Shown here piece after piece: positions 21,150 to 34,300 of a DNA stretch of 64,000 bases. Under the pieces are notes generated by a model. It had not been told where the DNA came from. It was given only the letters and a program-made list of their open reading frames with translations, and made no database searches. The stretch lies in the IMG/VR virus record IMGVR_UViG_3300031673_000004, positions 32,001 to 96,000 of that record. One strand, given 5' to 3'. Positions within the stretch are counted from its first letter, which is position 1, and each line of letters starts with the position of its first letter. This stretch comes from a virus. The translations under genes and the position numbers were made by a program.

Positions 21150-22211
21150 ATGAATAACATTTTTCTGATTGTTGGAGCACGTCCTAACTTTATAAAAGCT
21201 GCGGCAATACTTGTAGCGGCAAAAAAGCAGAACGTGGTCATTGACCTAATTCATACAGGCCAACATTATGACGCTACTATGAGTGATATCTTCTTTCAGG
21301 AGTTACATATTGACCCGCCATTGGTTAACTTAGGGATCGCTACTTTAGCTACTTATGGGGAATTTTTATACAAGTGTAAAACGAGATTTATAGAACTGTT
21401 TTCAGTATATAAACCGAAGATTGTAATAGTAGTTGGTGATGTCATAAGTTCGTTAGCTGCAGCATTGGCCGCAAATATCACTAAAACGACGTTAATTCAT
21501 GTTGAAGCTGGTTTAAGGTCATTTGATTATACGATGCCGGAAGAACTTAACAGAATACTAATAGATTCTGTAAGCGATTTTTTCTTTGTCACAGAGCCTG
21601 CTGGAGTTGAAAATCTGAAAAAAGAGGGCAAAGAGCATAATGTATACCTTGTTGGTAACACAATGATTGATACGCTATATGCTAACCTAGCTGCAATAAA
21701 CCATAGAAAATACTGCAGAGAATTACATTTAAAAGAAGATGAATACGTTGTTATGACTATTCACAGACCAAGTAATGTTGGGAGTAATTTAATAGACATT
21801 CTCAAGAACATTAACAAAATAGGCTGTGATCTTCCGATAATTTTTCCGGTTCATCCAAAGATTGGGAGTAACTTAGCGCATTTGAACTTGAAAAATGTTA
21901 AATTGATATCGCCTTTGGGTTATTTTGAGTTTTTATCGTTAGTATTAGATTGCAAATTTGTAATAACGGATTCAGGGGGATTGCAGGAGGAAACAAGCGC
22001 ACTCGGTATTCCCTGCTTGACATTAAGAAATAATACGGAAAGACCTATTACTATTGAAAGAGGAACAAATACACTAGTTGGACAAGATTATCCTGCCTTA
22101 TTGCGTGCAGTTAATAATATTATGGCTAACGAATGTGTAAAACTGGCAGAACTTATTTGGGATGGCAAGGCTGGTAGTAGAATAATTAGTACTCTAAGAA
22201 CCATACTATGA
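21150..22211 (+). CDS. wecB: UDP-N-acetylglucosamine 2-epimerase
   Basis: GARPNFIK, HTGQHYD, HVEAGLRS, PEELNR, TDSGGLQEE, TERP. Confidence 0.95.
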   Translation: MNNIFLIVGARPNFIKAAAILVAAKKQNVVIDLIHTGQHYDATMSDIFFQELHIDPPLVNLGIATLATYGEFLYKCKTRFIELFSVYKPKIVIVVGDVISSLAAALAANITKTTLIHVEAGLRSFDYTMPEELNRILIDSVSDFFFVTEPAGVENLKKEGKEHNVYLVGNTMIDTLYANLAAINHRKYCRELHLKEDEYVVMTIHRPSNVGSNLIDILKNINKIGCDLPIIFPVHPKIGSNLAHLNLKNVKLISPLGYFEFLSLVLDCKFVITDSGGLQEETSALGIPCLTLRNNTERPITIERGTNTLVGQDYPALLRAVNNIMANECVKLAELIWDGKAGSRIISTLRTIL

Positions 22212-22504
22212 AGAGACTCCATGAAAATAATAATTTAGGTCCACGCGCTCGCATACTAAATTTACAATGGAAAAACTCAAAAACTAAACGTGGGAATAAG
22301 AAAAAGAAAGTACAATCTCACCCAAAAAGACAAAAGAAAGATATAAATAAGCATGATCCTAGAACTAAATCTATAAACTACTCAAACGTAGAACGTAAAT
22401 CAATTAATGAAGGATTATGGCAACAACCTATACAGTTAATGAAAACAGCAATCGAAACACCAGACATTATAATCTACGAAGTAGAATATTTGGATAATGA
22501 ATGA
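22208..22504 (+). CDS. Small basic hypothetical protein
   Basis: 98-aa ORF overlapping both neighbours by ATGA. Confidence 0.55.
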   Translation: MKRLHENNNLGPRARILNLQWKNSKTKRGNKKKKVQSHPKRQKKDINKHDPRTKSINYSNVERKSINEGLWQQPIQLMKTAIETPDIIIYEVEYLDNE

Positions 22505-23256
22505 AACCTAAAGTTTCCATACTAGTTCTCACGTATAATCGTGTTGACCTATCTAGTCGATATATTCCATTATTGCTCGCACATGCGGGTAATGTCCCAC
22601 TAGAAATGCTTATTTGGGACAATGGATCAGACGATGGATCCTATGATTGGGCGTCTGCATTTGGACGAGCAGATTGCAGGGTATCCAAGGTAGTTGGGCA
22701 TGCCAGAAATATTGGCATGGAAGCGTTTAATTACCTTGCAAAAGAGGCAAAAGGGGAGTACATCATCAAGGTAGACGATGATATCGATGTACCGCTATGC
22801 TACGCAGAACGCCTTGTGGGGGCATACGAGTGGGTAGGTGAAGAACAATTGCTTTTTTTGGGTTGGGATATGCCTTGGGCCAGGGGGCCTAAATCAGGGG
22901 GTGATACCTTCGCAACACGGTCAGGAATGAATTTATATCGAGGCACCCGTGGTAAAATTGTCAAAGTAAATGATAAAGACTCAGTTCTTATTCATTATGA
23001 CGCTTCAGAATTCATGATAAACGGAGTATGTAGATTGTCCCCAAGAAACAGATTTTTAGAAATTGGTGGTCACCCAAAGGGGATAATATATGGTGTCGAT
23101 AAACATATAAGTGCCCGTGCTGCAGCACATGGCTATTGGATTGGGTACTTATCTTCTCAGGATCTAGTGTATCATCGAGGGGCAGATGACAAACCCGAGT
23201 ATAGGGCAATGAAAGACAATGAACTACGCAGGGTGAATAGCCCTAAAGATGTATAA
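22501..23256 (+). CDS. GT2 glycosyltransferase
   Basis: VSILVLTYNR, DNGSDDGS, KVDDD. Confidence 0.88.
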   Translation: MKPKVSILVLTYNRVDLSSRYIPLLLAHAGNVPLEMLIWDNGSDDGSYDWASAFGRADCRVSKVVGHARNIGMEAFNYLAKEAKGEYIIKVDDDIDVPLCYAERLVGAYEWVGEEQLLFLGWDMPWARGPKSGGDTFATRSGMNLYRGTRGKIVKVNDKDSVLIHYDASEFMINGVCRLSPRNRFLEIGGHPKGIIYGVDKHISARAAAHGYWIGYLSSQDLVYHRGADDKPEYRAMKDNELRRVNSPKDV

Positions 23257-24085
23257 AATGCATAGAGACGGATATAAACCAAAAGTGAGTATTATTATCC
23301 CTGTTCACAATGAGTCAGCAAAGACAGTTCGCTGTTTGGCAAGTATTCGTGCTAATACTAAACTTCCATACGAAATAGTCTGGGTAGATAATAACTCCAA
23401 TGATGATAATTTTGGATTGATAAGAAGGCAGGCCACTAGACCTAATGTACATACAAAACTGATAAAATTGAAACAAAATGTAGGTTTTGTAAAAGCAACA
23501 AATATTGGAATAAAAGAGGCAGAATCGAGCAGTAAGTACATTATTCTTTTGAACAATGATACTGAAGTGAGTAGATATTGGGCTACAAAATTAGTAACAC
23601 CACTGCGAAAAGACGCAACTGTTGGTGCAGTAGGACCAATTACTCAGAGTAGCATATCTTGGCAAGAAGCCACCAATCTCAACCGAAGATGGGATTTGAA
23701 GATTCCAAAGTTTACAAAAGGTGGGGATAACACAAAAAATATCCACAAATATAACGAGATAATATCCCGTAAATTCAAAGATAAATATATGGATATTGGT
23801 GCATTACCTTTGTCATTCTTTTGTGTTGCACTAAGGAAAGAAACATTTGATCAAATTGGATTGTTAGATGAAGATTTTGGTATTGGACTGGGGGATGATG
23901 ATGAATATTGTTTTAGGTTACGTGCGCATAATCTAACGTTGGTTTTAAGTTTGGAAACATTTGTATACCACCACCACAGAACAACTTTCAAAGCGCTAAA
24001 ATTACCTGTAGATTCTATTAGAAGAAAGAACATACGGGTACTCAGAGAAAAAAAGAAAGCGGTCATGCGAGAAGTAAATGGGTAA
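23249..24085 (+). CDS. GT2 glycosyltransferase
   Basis: SIIIPVHN, VDNNS, LLNNDT, GLLDEDFGIGLGDDDEYC. Confidence 0.92.
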   Translation: MYKMHRDGYKPKVSIIIPVHNESAKTVRCLASIRANTKLPYEIVWVDNNSNDDNFGLIRRQATRPNVHTKLIKLKQNVGFVKATNIGIKEAESSSKYIILLNNDTEVSRYWATKLVTPLRKDATVGAVGPITQSSISWQEATNLNRRWDLKIPKFTKGGDNTKNIHKYNEIISRKFKDKYMDIGALPLSFFCVALRKETFDQIGLLDEDFGIGLGDDDEYCFRLRAHNLTLVLSLETFVYHHHRTTFKALKLPVDSIRRKNIRVLREKKKAVMREVNG

Positions 24086-24884
24086 TCCAGTCATAAGCAT
24101 TGTAGTTCCGGTCCTAGATCAGCCGGATATGACTGTAAAATGTTTTCATTCTATTCGTACAGTTACTAAACTGCCTTTCGAGGTCATCTGGATAGACAAT
24201 GCATCCATAAAAGACAGTCGGAAAATAATAGCTAGGCAGGCTGATTTATTCAAGGGTAAATGTATCCTGATAAAAAACGATGAGAATAAAGGATTTATCA
24301 AAGCAACCAATCAAGGAATTCAAGCTGCTCGCGGTGAATATATCATTCTGCTAAATAATGATACAGAGGTATTTCCTGATTGGGAAAGCAATCTGATCAA
24401 ACCTCTGTATCATCATGCTAATGTTGGTGTAGTTGGACCTATTACCCAAAGCAAGCTATCGTGGCAAACAAACAAATATTTGAATTATCGTTGGGAAGTT
24501 GGAATTCCCCCGTACAATGATTCTATCAAATTGCATTACTGGATGAAATTAAAAAAAATGCACAAAGATAAATACTTAGATGTCACGGGAATGCCCATTT
24601 CATTTTTCTGTGCTGCGATGCACCGATCACTATTTGATAAAATAGGAGCGCTCTGTGAAGAAATGAGCATAGGTTTAGGAGACGATGACGAGTTCTGCAT
24701 GCGCATGAGGGCTCATGGATATAAACAATGGCTAAGTCTAGGAACATTTGTTTACCATAATCACCGAACAACCTTCAAAGCACTCAACCTGGGAGTGGAG
24801 TCTCTCCAGAGGTACAATATGTGCATATTCAAAAAGAAAGAACGAGAATTACGTAAAAATCCACCAGAACATAGTTTTCAGTAG
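24078..24884 (+). CDS. GT2 glycosyltransferase (paralogue of 23249)
   Basis: SIVVPV, IDNAS, LLNNDT, GLGDDDEFC. Confidence 0.92.
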   Translation: MGNPVISIVVPVLDQPDMTVKCFHSIRTVTKLPFEVIWIDNASIKDSRKIIARQADLFKGKCILIKNDENKGFIKATNQGIQAARGEYIILLNNDTEVFPDWESNLIKPLYHHANVGVVGPITQSKLSWQTNKYLNYRWEVGIPPYNDSIKLHYWMKLKKMHKDKYLDVTGMPISFFCAAMHRSLFDKIGALCEEMSIGLGDDDEFCMRMRAHGYKQWLSLGTFVYHNHRTTFKALNLGVESLQRYNMCIFKKKERELRKNPPEHSFQ

Positions 24885-24898
24885 AGTATAATACTCGT

Positions 24899-26368
24899 AT
24901 GGATGTACAAATCGAAGTAGGTCCAGTGCGGCTTAAAGTCACAACACGGCTACCCCTTGAGGACACACGATTGCTGCGTAAGCACCTTACATATACAGTA
25001 AATAATTATCAGTATACTACCCAGTATAAACTTTATGGTTGGGATGGCAGAAAAACACTAATATATAAAGATCAAACTGCACCTGCAGGGTGTCTTTACA
25101 GAATACGTACTTTCCTAGAGGAAAAACTGCACTATAATGTAGAAGTTATTTATAAGAATAATTACGAACCTTGCGGAACTAGCGATATTTATGGGTTCAA
25201 ATTAGAAACATTTCAAAAACAAGCTGTCAAACGGATTCTGAAATACCGCCGTGGAATAATAAGTGCTCCAGTCAGATCGGGAAAGACTGCAATTGCAGCA
25301 GCAGCAATTAAAAATATTGGACATTATTCTGCTTGGGTAGTTACATACGGAAAAGATTTAGTGCGTCAAACAAAAAAAGATTTAGAATACCATTTACAAA
25401 TACCAGTCGGGATATTCTCTGAAGGTGTATACGTGCAGGGTAAAGTAATGGTAACAAGCTATCAAGCAATTACCCGTGCGCTTTCCGCAGTAAAAGGCAA
25501 AGAAGAGAACGTAACATTAAAGGAAGAAACTCAGCAAAGAAATCTAGCATTATTAAGATTGGTTCGTAATGTAAAGGTTGTTATATTTGATGAATGTCAT
25601 CATGCACTTGCCCCAAAAAATAATATCTTATTAAATGAATTACTCTCTGCGGGTTATGTTATCGGATTGTCAGGAACACCCAAGCCAGACAATACACATT
25701 ATCTGGAACTAGAAGCAGCAATTGGTGCTATCATTTTTAAGGTGCAATACAAAACACTAATTAACCATGGACGGATTGCTCGGCCTATGATTGTCCTGTA
25801 TCAACTTCCATATCGATGGTACACTACTGGACTTAAAGAGTTTCCAGACATTTATGCTACCAATATAGTACAGAACATGTATAGGAATAAATTTATTGCT
25901 GACATAGTTAAAAACTTGTACAAATCAAATAAGACTGCGTTTGTAATGATAAGGAACTTACTTCATGGCCCAATCTTACGGGCACTCATCCCTGGAAGTG
26001 TCTTTGTTAAGGGAAAAATTTCTAGTGAAATTAGAGAAGGATTATACAAAGCCCTTAATGATAAAACAATTCAATGTATTATTGCTACTGTCGGAAAGGA
26101 AGGCTTGAACATCCGTGGACTGGATGCAATGATAAACGCAGAAGGATACAAGTCCTCGGTTACGACGATGCAAAAACTAAGGTCACTTACAGCAACCAAG
26201 GATAAAAAATATGGCATTATTGTAGACTTTATGGATCGAGGTAAATTTTTGAGTGCTCATAGCAAGCGGCGTGCAGCATTGTATAAACGAATGGGAGCTA
26301 TAAAATTAAAAGTAAAACAGGTTCCGGTTGATCTTTATAAAGAGGAGTCTCCTTCATGGACACAGTAA
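24899..26368 (+). CDS. Superfamily 2 helicase (UvsW/XPB-like)
   Basis: GWDG, APVRSGKT, DECHH, GLSGTP, EGLNI, IVDFMD. Confidence 0.9.
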   Translation: MDVQIEVGPVRLKVTTRLPLEDTRLLRKHLTYTVNNYQYTTQYKLYGWDGRKTLIYKDQTAPAGCLYRIRTFLEEKLHYNVEVIYKNNYEPCGTSDIYGFKLETFQKQAVKRILKYRRGIISAPVRSGKTAIAAAAIKNIGHYSAWVVTYGKDLVRQTKKDLEYHLQIPVGIFSEGVYVQGKVMVTSYQAITRALSAVKGKEENVTLKEETQQRNLALLRLVRNVKVVIFDECHHALAPKNNILLNELLSAGYVIGLSGTPKPDNTHYLELEAAIGAIIFKVQYKTLINHGRIARPMIVLYQLPYRWYTTGLKEFPDIYATNIVQNMYRNKFIADIVKNLYKSNKTAFVMIRNLLHGPILRALIPGSVFVKGKISSEIREGLYKALNDKTIQCIIATVGKEGLNIRGLDAMINAEGYKSSVTTMQKLRSLTATKDKKYGIIVDFMDRGKFLSAHSKRRAALYKRMGAIKLKVKQVPVDLYKEESPSWTQ

Positions 26369-26889
26369 GCGTAGAAGATCTAATGATTAATAGTGCACTG
26401 GCTGGGAAAGCACAAAGAGATCCAGTGGAAAGAAGCATTATCAAAAAGTTAATACGATTGAAGCATCAAAATAAGCGTTTGCGGGATCACATTGAAAAGA
26501 CAGGTGCATGGGCACATTTAAAAGAAGTAGTTCTTTGGAAGCCGTTTGATTTTTACCACTATTTTTGTACTAAGTATCATGAAAAATACCGTAGTGAGTA
26601 TCGCCAAGTAGGCAATATTGTACGAGCGTACCAAAGGATAGATTCATTTCAACTAGGTAATCATATTGACAAGAAGGAATATAAACAGTTCATCGACCGC
26701 GCTTTTGAGAGATACTTTACAAACATTAGTAAACCGACAATCGCACACATTTGTACGCCTACTTTGTATAATTACTTAATGAAGGAAGATGCCCAGTTTG
26801 CAACACCAGCAGATTATCATAGACTGGATCAAGTGCTAGCAGAAGAGAATGAAAAGTTCGAGAGCTATGTGCAGCAGTTTGATAGCTAA
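26356..26889 (+). CDS. Hypothetical protein in replication block
   Basis: 177-aa ORF, GAGGAG upstream, precedes the loader and helicase genes. Confidence 0.7.
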   Translation: MDTVSVEDLMINSALAGKAQRDPVERSIIKKLIRLKHQNKRLRDHIEKTGAWAHLKEVVLWKPFDFYHYFCTKYHEKYRSEYRQVGNIVRAYQRIDSFQLGNHIDKKEYKQFIDRAFERYFTNISKPTIAHICTPTLYNYLMKEDAQFATPADYHRLDQVLAEENEKFESYVQQFDS

Positions 26890-26896
26890 GGTAACT

Positions 26897-27637
26897 ATGT
26901 ATCAAATAGATCAAAAAGAGTTTAACCGACTACAGAGAATACGAGAAAATTGTCCTGTTTGTGGGGGATTGGGCTATTCTGAAACACGGAAATTAGATGG
27001 TAAGATTAATCTGACAGATTGTATCTGTGTTCAGAATATAAGCTACGAATTAAAAATGATAGAGGCAAATATTCCAACACAATATAGACATTGGACATTC
27101 AAACAGTTAGATAAAAAAATAATTAAGGACAATAAAAAATCAATTGAAAAAATAAAGGACTATATTGAAAATCTCAAGGACAATATAATTAACGGGAAAG
27201 GGTTGTGGTTTCATGCTCCCCCCGGATTGGCCAAGAGTTCGCTGATATGTAATATCTTGAGGAAAGCAATAGATAGAGGATTCAAGCCCTACTTTGGGAG
27301 GGCATCACATTTTATTTCATTAAAATTTCAAATTGCAAGAAATGATCCTGATGCTAAGGCCCTCTTACAGCATATTTTCAATTCAGTAGATATATTAGCA
27401 ATAGAGGAATTAGATAAGGTATATTTGACTACTAAGCCGAATTCCTTCGGACGAGAACTTTTTTATGAACTATTATCAGATTTGTATGATGCTAGAATAG
27501 CATTGTTGGTAAGTTCAAACGTTATACGGAATGAATGTGAACCAAAATTTCCAACGTTCATTCGAGATAGATTCCGGTATCTAGAAGATATTCCGATATT
27601 TGGTGAATCAGGACGGAAAAATTTGAAGAAAAAATAA
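26897..27637 (+). CDS. DnaC/IstB-like AAA+ helicase loader
   Basis: CPVC...CIC zinc motif, ANIP, Walker A variant APPGLAKS, LAIEELDK, SSN, DRF. Confidence 0.8.
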   Translation: MYQIDQKEFNRLQRIRENCPVCGGLGYSETRKLDGKINLTDCICVQNISYELKMIEANIPTQYRHWTFKQLDKKIIKDNKKSIEKIKDYIENLKDNIINGKGLWFHAPPGLAKSSLICNILRKAIDRGFKPYFGRASHFISLKFQIARNDPDAKALLQHIFNSVDILAIEELDKVYLTTKPNSFGRELFYELLSDLYDARIALLVSSNVIRNECEPKFPTFIRDRFRYLEDIPIFGESGRKNLKKK

Positions 27638-29044
27638 ATGCCAAGTCTCAGTTCAAAAGCTAATGAGCGCAGGCTTCTTGCGCTCCTCCTACAGTCCCCC
27701 ACGCATATGCGGGCAATCCGCCTGAATTTAGATATTTTTGTGAATCCGAAATATAGAAAAGCTGCTGAACTTATAAAAAAATATGTAAAGAGATACAAGT
27801 CTCCACCAAGTAAAAATGCACTTAAAAGATTTTCAAGTAAAGTAGTAAAACCAAGCATAAAAGAGGCAGAAGACATTGTAGATGCGTTAAATGTACTAGA
27901 TAAACTTCCAAAAGTTGTTCAGACCGATGCTGAATTCGAGTTTGAGCAAGCAGAAAATTACAGAACTGGCCGAGTGCTACTCGATGTAGTGGAGCATATT
28001 AAAAATAAATTTGAAGAAGGTGACACGGACTACATAGATATGCGTAAAAAAATGATTTCTGAATTATTAGCATTTGGAAATGGTAACGACGCAATCGTTC
28101 GTGGAAAGATATATGACAGGATAAAAGAAAGATTTGAAGAATATGAATCTGCTGAACGGGGAGATGTAGGTAGTATTATTCCTTTTGGGATTAAACCTTT
28201 TGATGATAATTTAGGTGGTATGCACAAATCTTTTGTAACATTAATCTATTCTAAGACTGGGGGTGGAAAAACCCGCACAGCCGTAAATGTGGCATACAAT
28301 GCAGCAATAGCTGGGTATAATGTAATGTATTTTTCGTTAGAAATGGCATTTAACTTACTGGCCAGTTGCTTTGATTCAAGAATGGCCTGGGTAGACGGAG
28401 ATAAAATAATATTTGGAAAACTAGACAAAATAAATAAACGAAGATATGCACATGCCCTGAAAAAACAATTGAAGGAAAAATTAAACGTGTGGATAGTTGA
28501 TATTGCAATGGGGGCATCATCTTCTATGATTTTAGAAGAGATCGAAGTATATCGTGCCGCAAATGGGGTAAACCCAGATTTAGTCGTTATTGACTACGCT
28601 AATCTTATGGAACCGATGAAGCGGTACAATGGGAGGTCTGAAAAATACGATTTTCTTTTCAAGGAGTATCATGAGATAGCAAAATATTGTAACGTAGCAA
28701 TCCTTACTGCTACACAAGAAAGTAGGGATGCATCTAAAGCAGACATCGATGCTAAGTATAAGAAACAGGAAGTGGAACAAGGCGTCCATAATATCGGGCT
28801 GTCTAATTTTATGGCCCCGCACTGCGAAAGTGTGGTTAGACTAAAACAGGACAGTAAAGATTTACTACAAAATAGGCTGTGGTCAATTATTGATAAAAAT
28901 AGATATGGAACACACGGGAAAGAAATTCCATTAATGGCTATATGGGAAAAGAATTACGTTGGGGATAGAGTAATTACCGGGATGAAAGTCTATAAGCTCA
29001 AAAAGCGCTACTCGTACCAAGATAGTAAGGAAGATGCTGCTTGA
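27638..29044 (+). CDS. dnaB: DnaB-like replicative helicase
   Basis: SKTGGGKT, YFSLEM, VVIDYANL, TATQ, KNRYG. Confidence 0.9.
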   Translation: MPSLSSKANERRLLALLLQSPTHMRAIRLNLDIFVNPKYRKAAELIKKYVKRYKSPPSKNALKRFSSKVVKPSIKEAEDIVDALNVLDKLPKVVQTDAEFEFEQAENYRTGRVLLDVVEHIKNKFEEGDTDYIDMRKKMISELLAFGNGNDAIVRGKIYDRIKERFEEYESAERGDVGSIIPFGIKPFDDNLGGMHKSFVTLIYSKTGGGKTRTAVNVAYNAAIAGYNVMYFSLEMAFNLLASCFDSRMAWVDGDKIIFGKLDKINKRRYAHALKKQLKEKLNVWIVDIAMGASSSMILEEIEVYRAANGVNPDLVVIDYANLMEPMKRYNGRSEKYDFLFKEYHEIAKYCNVAILTATQESRDASKADIDAKYKKQEVEQGVHNIGLSNFMAPHCESVVRLKQDSKDLLQNRLWSIIDKNRYGTHGKEIPLMAIWEKNYVGDRVITGMKVYKLKKRYSYQDSKEDAA

Positions 29045-29508
29045 ACATTGAATCCTTCTACAGAGAAGCTGGAATAGTCCTAGAGCCATTCGGGGGACGT
29101 TGGCGTGCACGGTGCCCCTTTCACAATGAGAAAACCCCTTCATTTGTTGTTTATGAGGATGCAAGTTACCATTGCTTTGGCTGCAGAGCACATGGTACCG
29201 CTAAAGATATTCAAGAAAGATTCAATGTAGATTATCGACCTTTTCCAGATTTGTGTGCAACTAAAGATCCAATAATAACTAATTTTATTCAATTTAAATC
29301 AAAGATGGACGACGAATTAAATTTACTTGTAATTGACTTGGATAATGATATAAGATTCAAGGCTTATGACATGTTTGATGCACTCATGATCGATACAAAA
29401 GCATTAACAGATTGTCTTGAAATAAGCTTGTTGGATTTAATTGCCTTTACAAAAAGAGGGTTTACAGACATCGAAAAAATAGTAGCCGAAAATCACTGCA
29501 GACAGTAA
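29041..29508 (+). CDS. Stand-alone CHC2 zinc-finger protein (primase zinc-binding domain)
   Basis: CPFHNEKTPSF...YHCFGC; no TOPRIM domain follows. Confidence 0.85.
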   Translation: MNIESFYREAGIVLEPFGGRWRARCPFHNEKTPSFVVYEDASYHCFGCRAHGTAKDIQERFNVDYRPFPDLCATKDPIITNFIQFKSKMDDELNLLVIDLDNDIRFKAYDMFDALMIDTKALTDCLEISLLDLIAFTKRGFTDIEKIVAENHCRQ

Positions 29509-29524
29509 CTTTTAACTTGACTTT

Positions 29525-31300
<1,776 letters not shown>

Positions 31301-31365
31301 CTGCTTCCCTAGTATTATATCTGTAGCACTAATTATTATAAATTCTGTATTTGTTAGGAACGTCT

Positions 31366-34300
31366 ATGGGTGACCCCCGTAAGCACTGCTCTATAAAATG
31401 TCCACGATTAAATTTAGACATTGGATCTCCTCGACTTAGGGGTAAAGGATCACGCAAAGCAAAAATACTACTTGTGGGGGAAGCCCCTGGACAATCTGAA
31501 GATATAGATGGAACTCCATTTGTAGGGAGTTCCGGGGAGCTATTAGACGATGTTCTCACAGAATTAGATATTAATCGTAAAGATATTTACATCACTAATG
31601 CTGTAAAATGTGCCACACCAGTTGAAAATAAAAAACCAGGAAAAAAAGAAATTACAGCATGTAGGAGGTATCTCCTAAAGGAAATAGAAGTAATAAAGCC
31701 TAACGTGATAGGTTGCTTGGGAGCGATTGCTCTCGAAGCAGTGCTTAAACGCAAAGGAATAACTAAACTACAAAATAACGTGTTTCAAAGTGAGGAGCTA
31801 CAAACAAAGGTAGTTCCTGTTCTGCATCCAGCGTACATCCTGCGCAATCCTGGAGAGTACGACAACCTGTTAAAAGGGATGCTGCTCATTAAACAGGAAT
31901 CTAGAGCAAGAGAAAGAGTAGTATTAGCTAAAACAAAAACAAAATGGATAGACGCAGATACTCCAAAAAAAATAGATAAAGTACTTGAGCAATTAGAAAA
32001 TGTAGATGCATTCGCATTCGACGTAGAAACTACATCATTGGATCCACTAATAGCTAAAATACTTCTAATGGCGCTGTCCTGGCAGATTGGATTGGGGGTA
32101 ACAATTAAATGGGATAGGCTATCCCAAGAACAGAAAGATAGACTCCAGAAAATATTTATTTCTAAGAAGGAAAAGATAGGGCAAAACTTAAAGTATGATG
32201 TTCAAGTCCTATGGGTCAATAACTTCCGGGTAAAGGGGCCATACTTCGATACCCTCCCAGCAATAGCCCTTATTGATGAAAATATACCAAAGAAGACACT
32301 TGAAGTGCTGACATTGCGCTATTTAGATCTGGGGGAGTATTGGGCACCCTTAGACGAATTTAAAGCTAAATATATGAAAGAGCATAAAATAAAAAAGGAA
32401 GACTTCAACTATGGTATGATTCCTTATAATATTTTATGTACATATGCACAGGGGGATGCTGACGCCACTTATCGTCTATATGTAATATTCAAGAAGGAGT
32501 TAATCAAACAAAATCTGATGGATTTTTATAAAAAATACACTTTGCCTACTCTAAAAATTCTGATGCGGATAGAGCGTAAAGGAATAAAAATAAATAGAAA
32601 AAAATTGAAAAAAATCATTAAAGAATATCAAGGAAAAGTAGTCATATCAGAAAAAGATATAAAAACTACCACAGAGGTTAAAAAATATCAAAAAATAAGA
32701 TTTGCACATGTAAGCAAACAATTTAAGGAAAAATGGGAGAAGTCTAAAACATTAAGAAGCAGATCTTCACAGATTGAATATCTAAAAGCTAGAGTTAAGA
32801 AGAAGGATTGGAAGTTCAATCCAAAATCCTCAAAGCAACTTCGAGAACTCCTTTTCGATATGCTAAAACTTCCTGTAACTAAACTAACAAAGACAAAACA
32901 GGCATGCACTGACGCATCCGTATTAACTATATTAGCAAATAGCAACCAAGTTGAGATTGCACAAAAAATTATAACGAATAGAAAACTTACAAAATTTTTA
33001 TCCACATACCTAGTATCCGTGTATAACAAATCGAAGATTGATGGAAGAGTACATCCTAGTTACATGCAGCATCGGGCCGTAACCGGAAGATTAAGTAGTG
33101 AGAACCCCAACTTCCAAAACATAAAACGGGACGCGATAGAATTTAAGAAATGCTTCTTAGCTGATCCTGGAATGGTCATTTTACGAGCAGATTTAGCACA
33201 GGCGGAATTTAGATGCTGGGCACATTACTCTAATGATCAAAAAATGATTCATGATATCGAATCTGGAATGGATATCCACCGTAAGACAGCATCTGAGATA
33301 TTCGGAGTACCAGAAGACGAAGTAACTAAAGAACAGCGGGAGGCTGCCAAGAATTGTGTTGCAGGAGACACATGGATACCGACTATAACTGGTTTTAGGA
33401 AAATAGCTACTATCAAGAAAGGTGATATCGTTTTAGATCATTACAATCGACCACAAAAAGTAAAGAAAACAATTAACAAAAAAGATACTATGTATGTAAT
33501 TAATACTGAATGTGGAAGTCTCAAATGTACAAAAGATCACCCATTTTATATACTTGATCAAAACGCAAATTTGATTACAAAAACGTTAAGTACTCTTTCC
33601 ACTGGGGATTACATACTATCATGCACACCTAAAAATCTGCAAAAAAAATATGTTACTTGGAAATATACAGGTGAAAAAAGAACATCATTTAAACCTATTT
33701 TTAAGAAATGGAAATTAAATTCTAAATTAGGGTATTTAATTGGATTTATAATCGCGGAGGGTTCAATAAGCAGCAAACTAGGGCATAAAAATGTCAGTTG
33801 GGTACAAAAAGGAAGATTTGTAGAGGTAATTGATAAGGTAAGTACCGAAATCTTTGGGGACAGGGTAAAAAGATATACAGATAAACGCACTAGAGTAGTT
33901 ACTTGGAAGGTAAGTTCCTTAGAGTTTGTTGAATTTCTGAAGTATGTAGGGATGTGTACTGATAATAAAAAGGGGTTTAAATCTTTTCCAGATAAAATGA
34001 TGGAATCACCACCATGTGTACAAAAAGCATTTTTGCAGGGCTATTTTTTGGGGGATGGCACATTTAAAAATCATATAGCATGTGTTGGTACTGTCTCCAA
34101 AGAACTTCGAGATGGCGTATGCTTACTACTTCGTAGTTTTGGTATTTATCCAAAAGTATTTATAGAACATCCAAAAAAAGGATCTGATTTTTACAATATA
34201 CATATTACCACACAGGAAGAATTAAAAATATTGATAAACACGATTAAAGTAAGCGTACCTAAAAACTGGACCTATCCAAAACAAAACAATGGTAGAAAGT

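Noticed and set aside
5401-24884. Cellular O-antigen or capsule locus
   Set aside because: No wzx/wzy/ABC export genes; embedded among phage-type replication genes, homing endonucleases and inteins.
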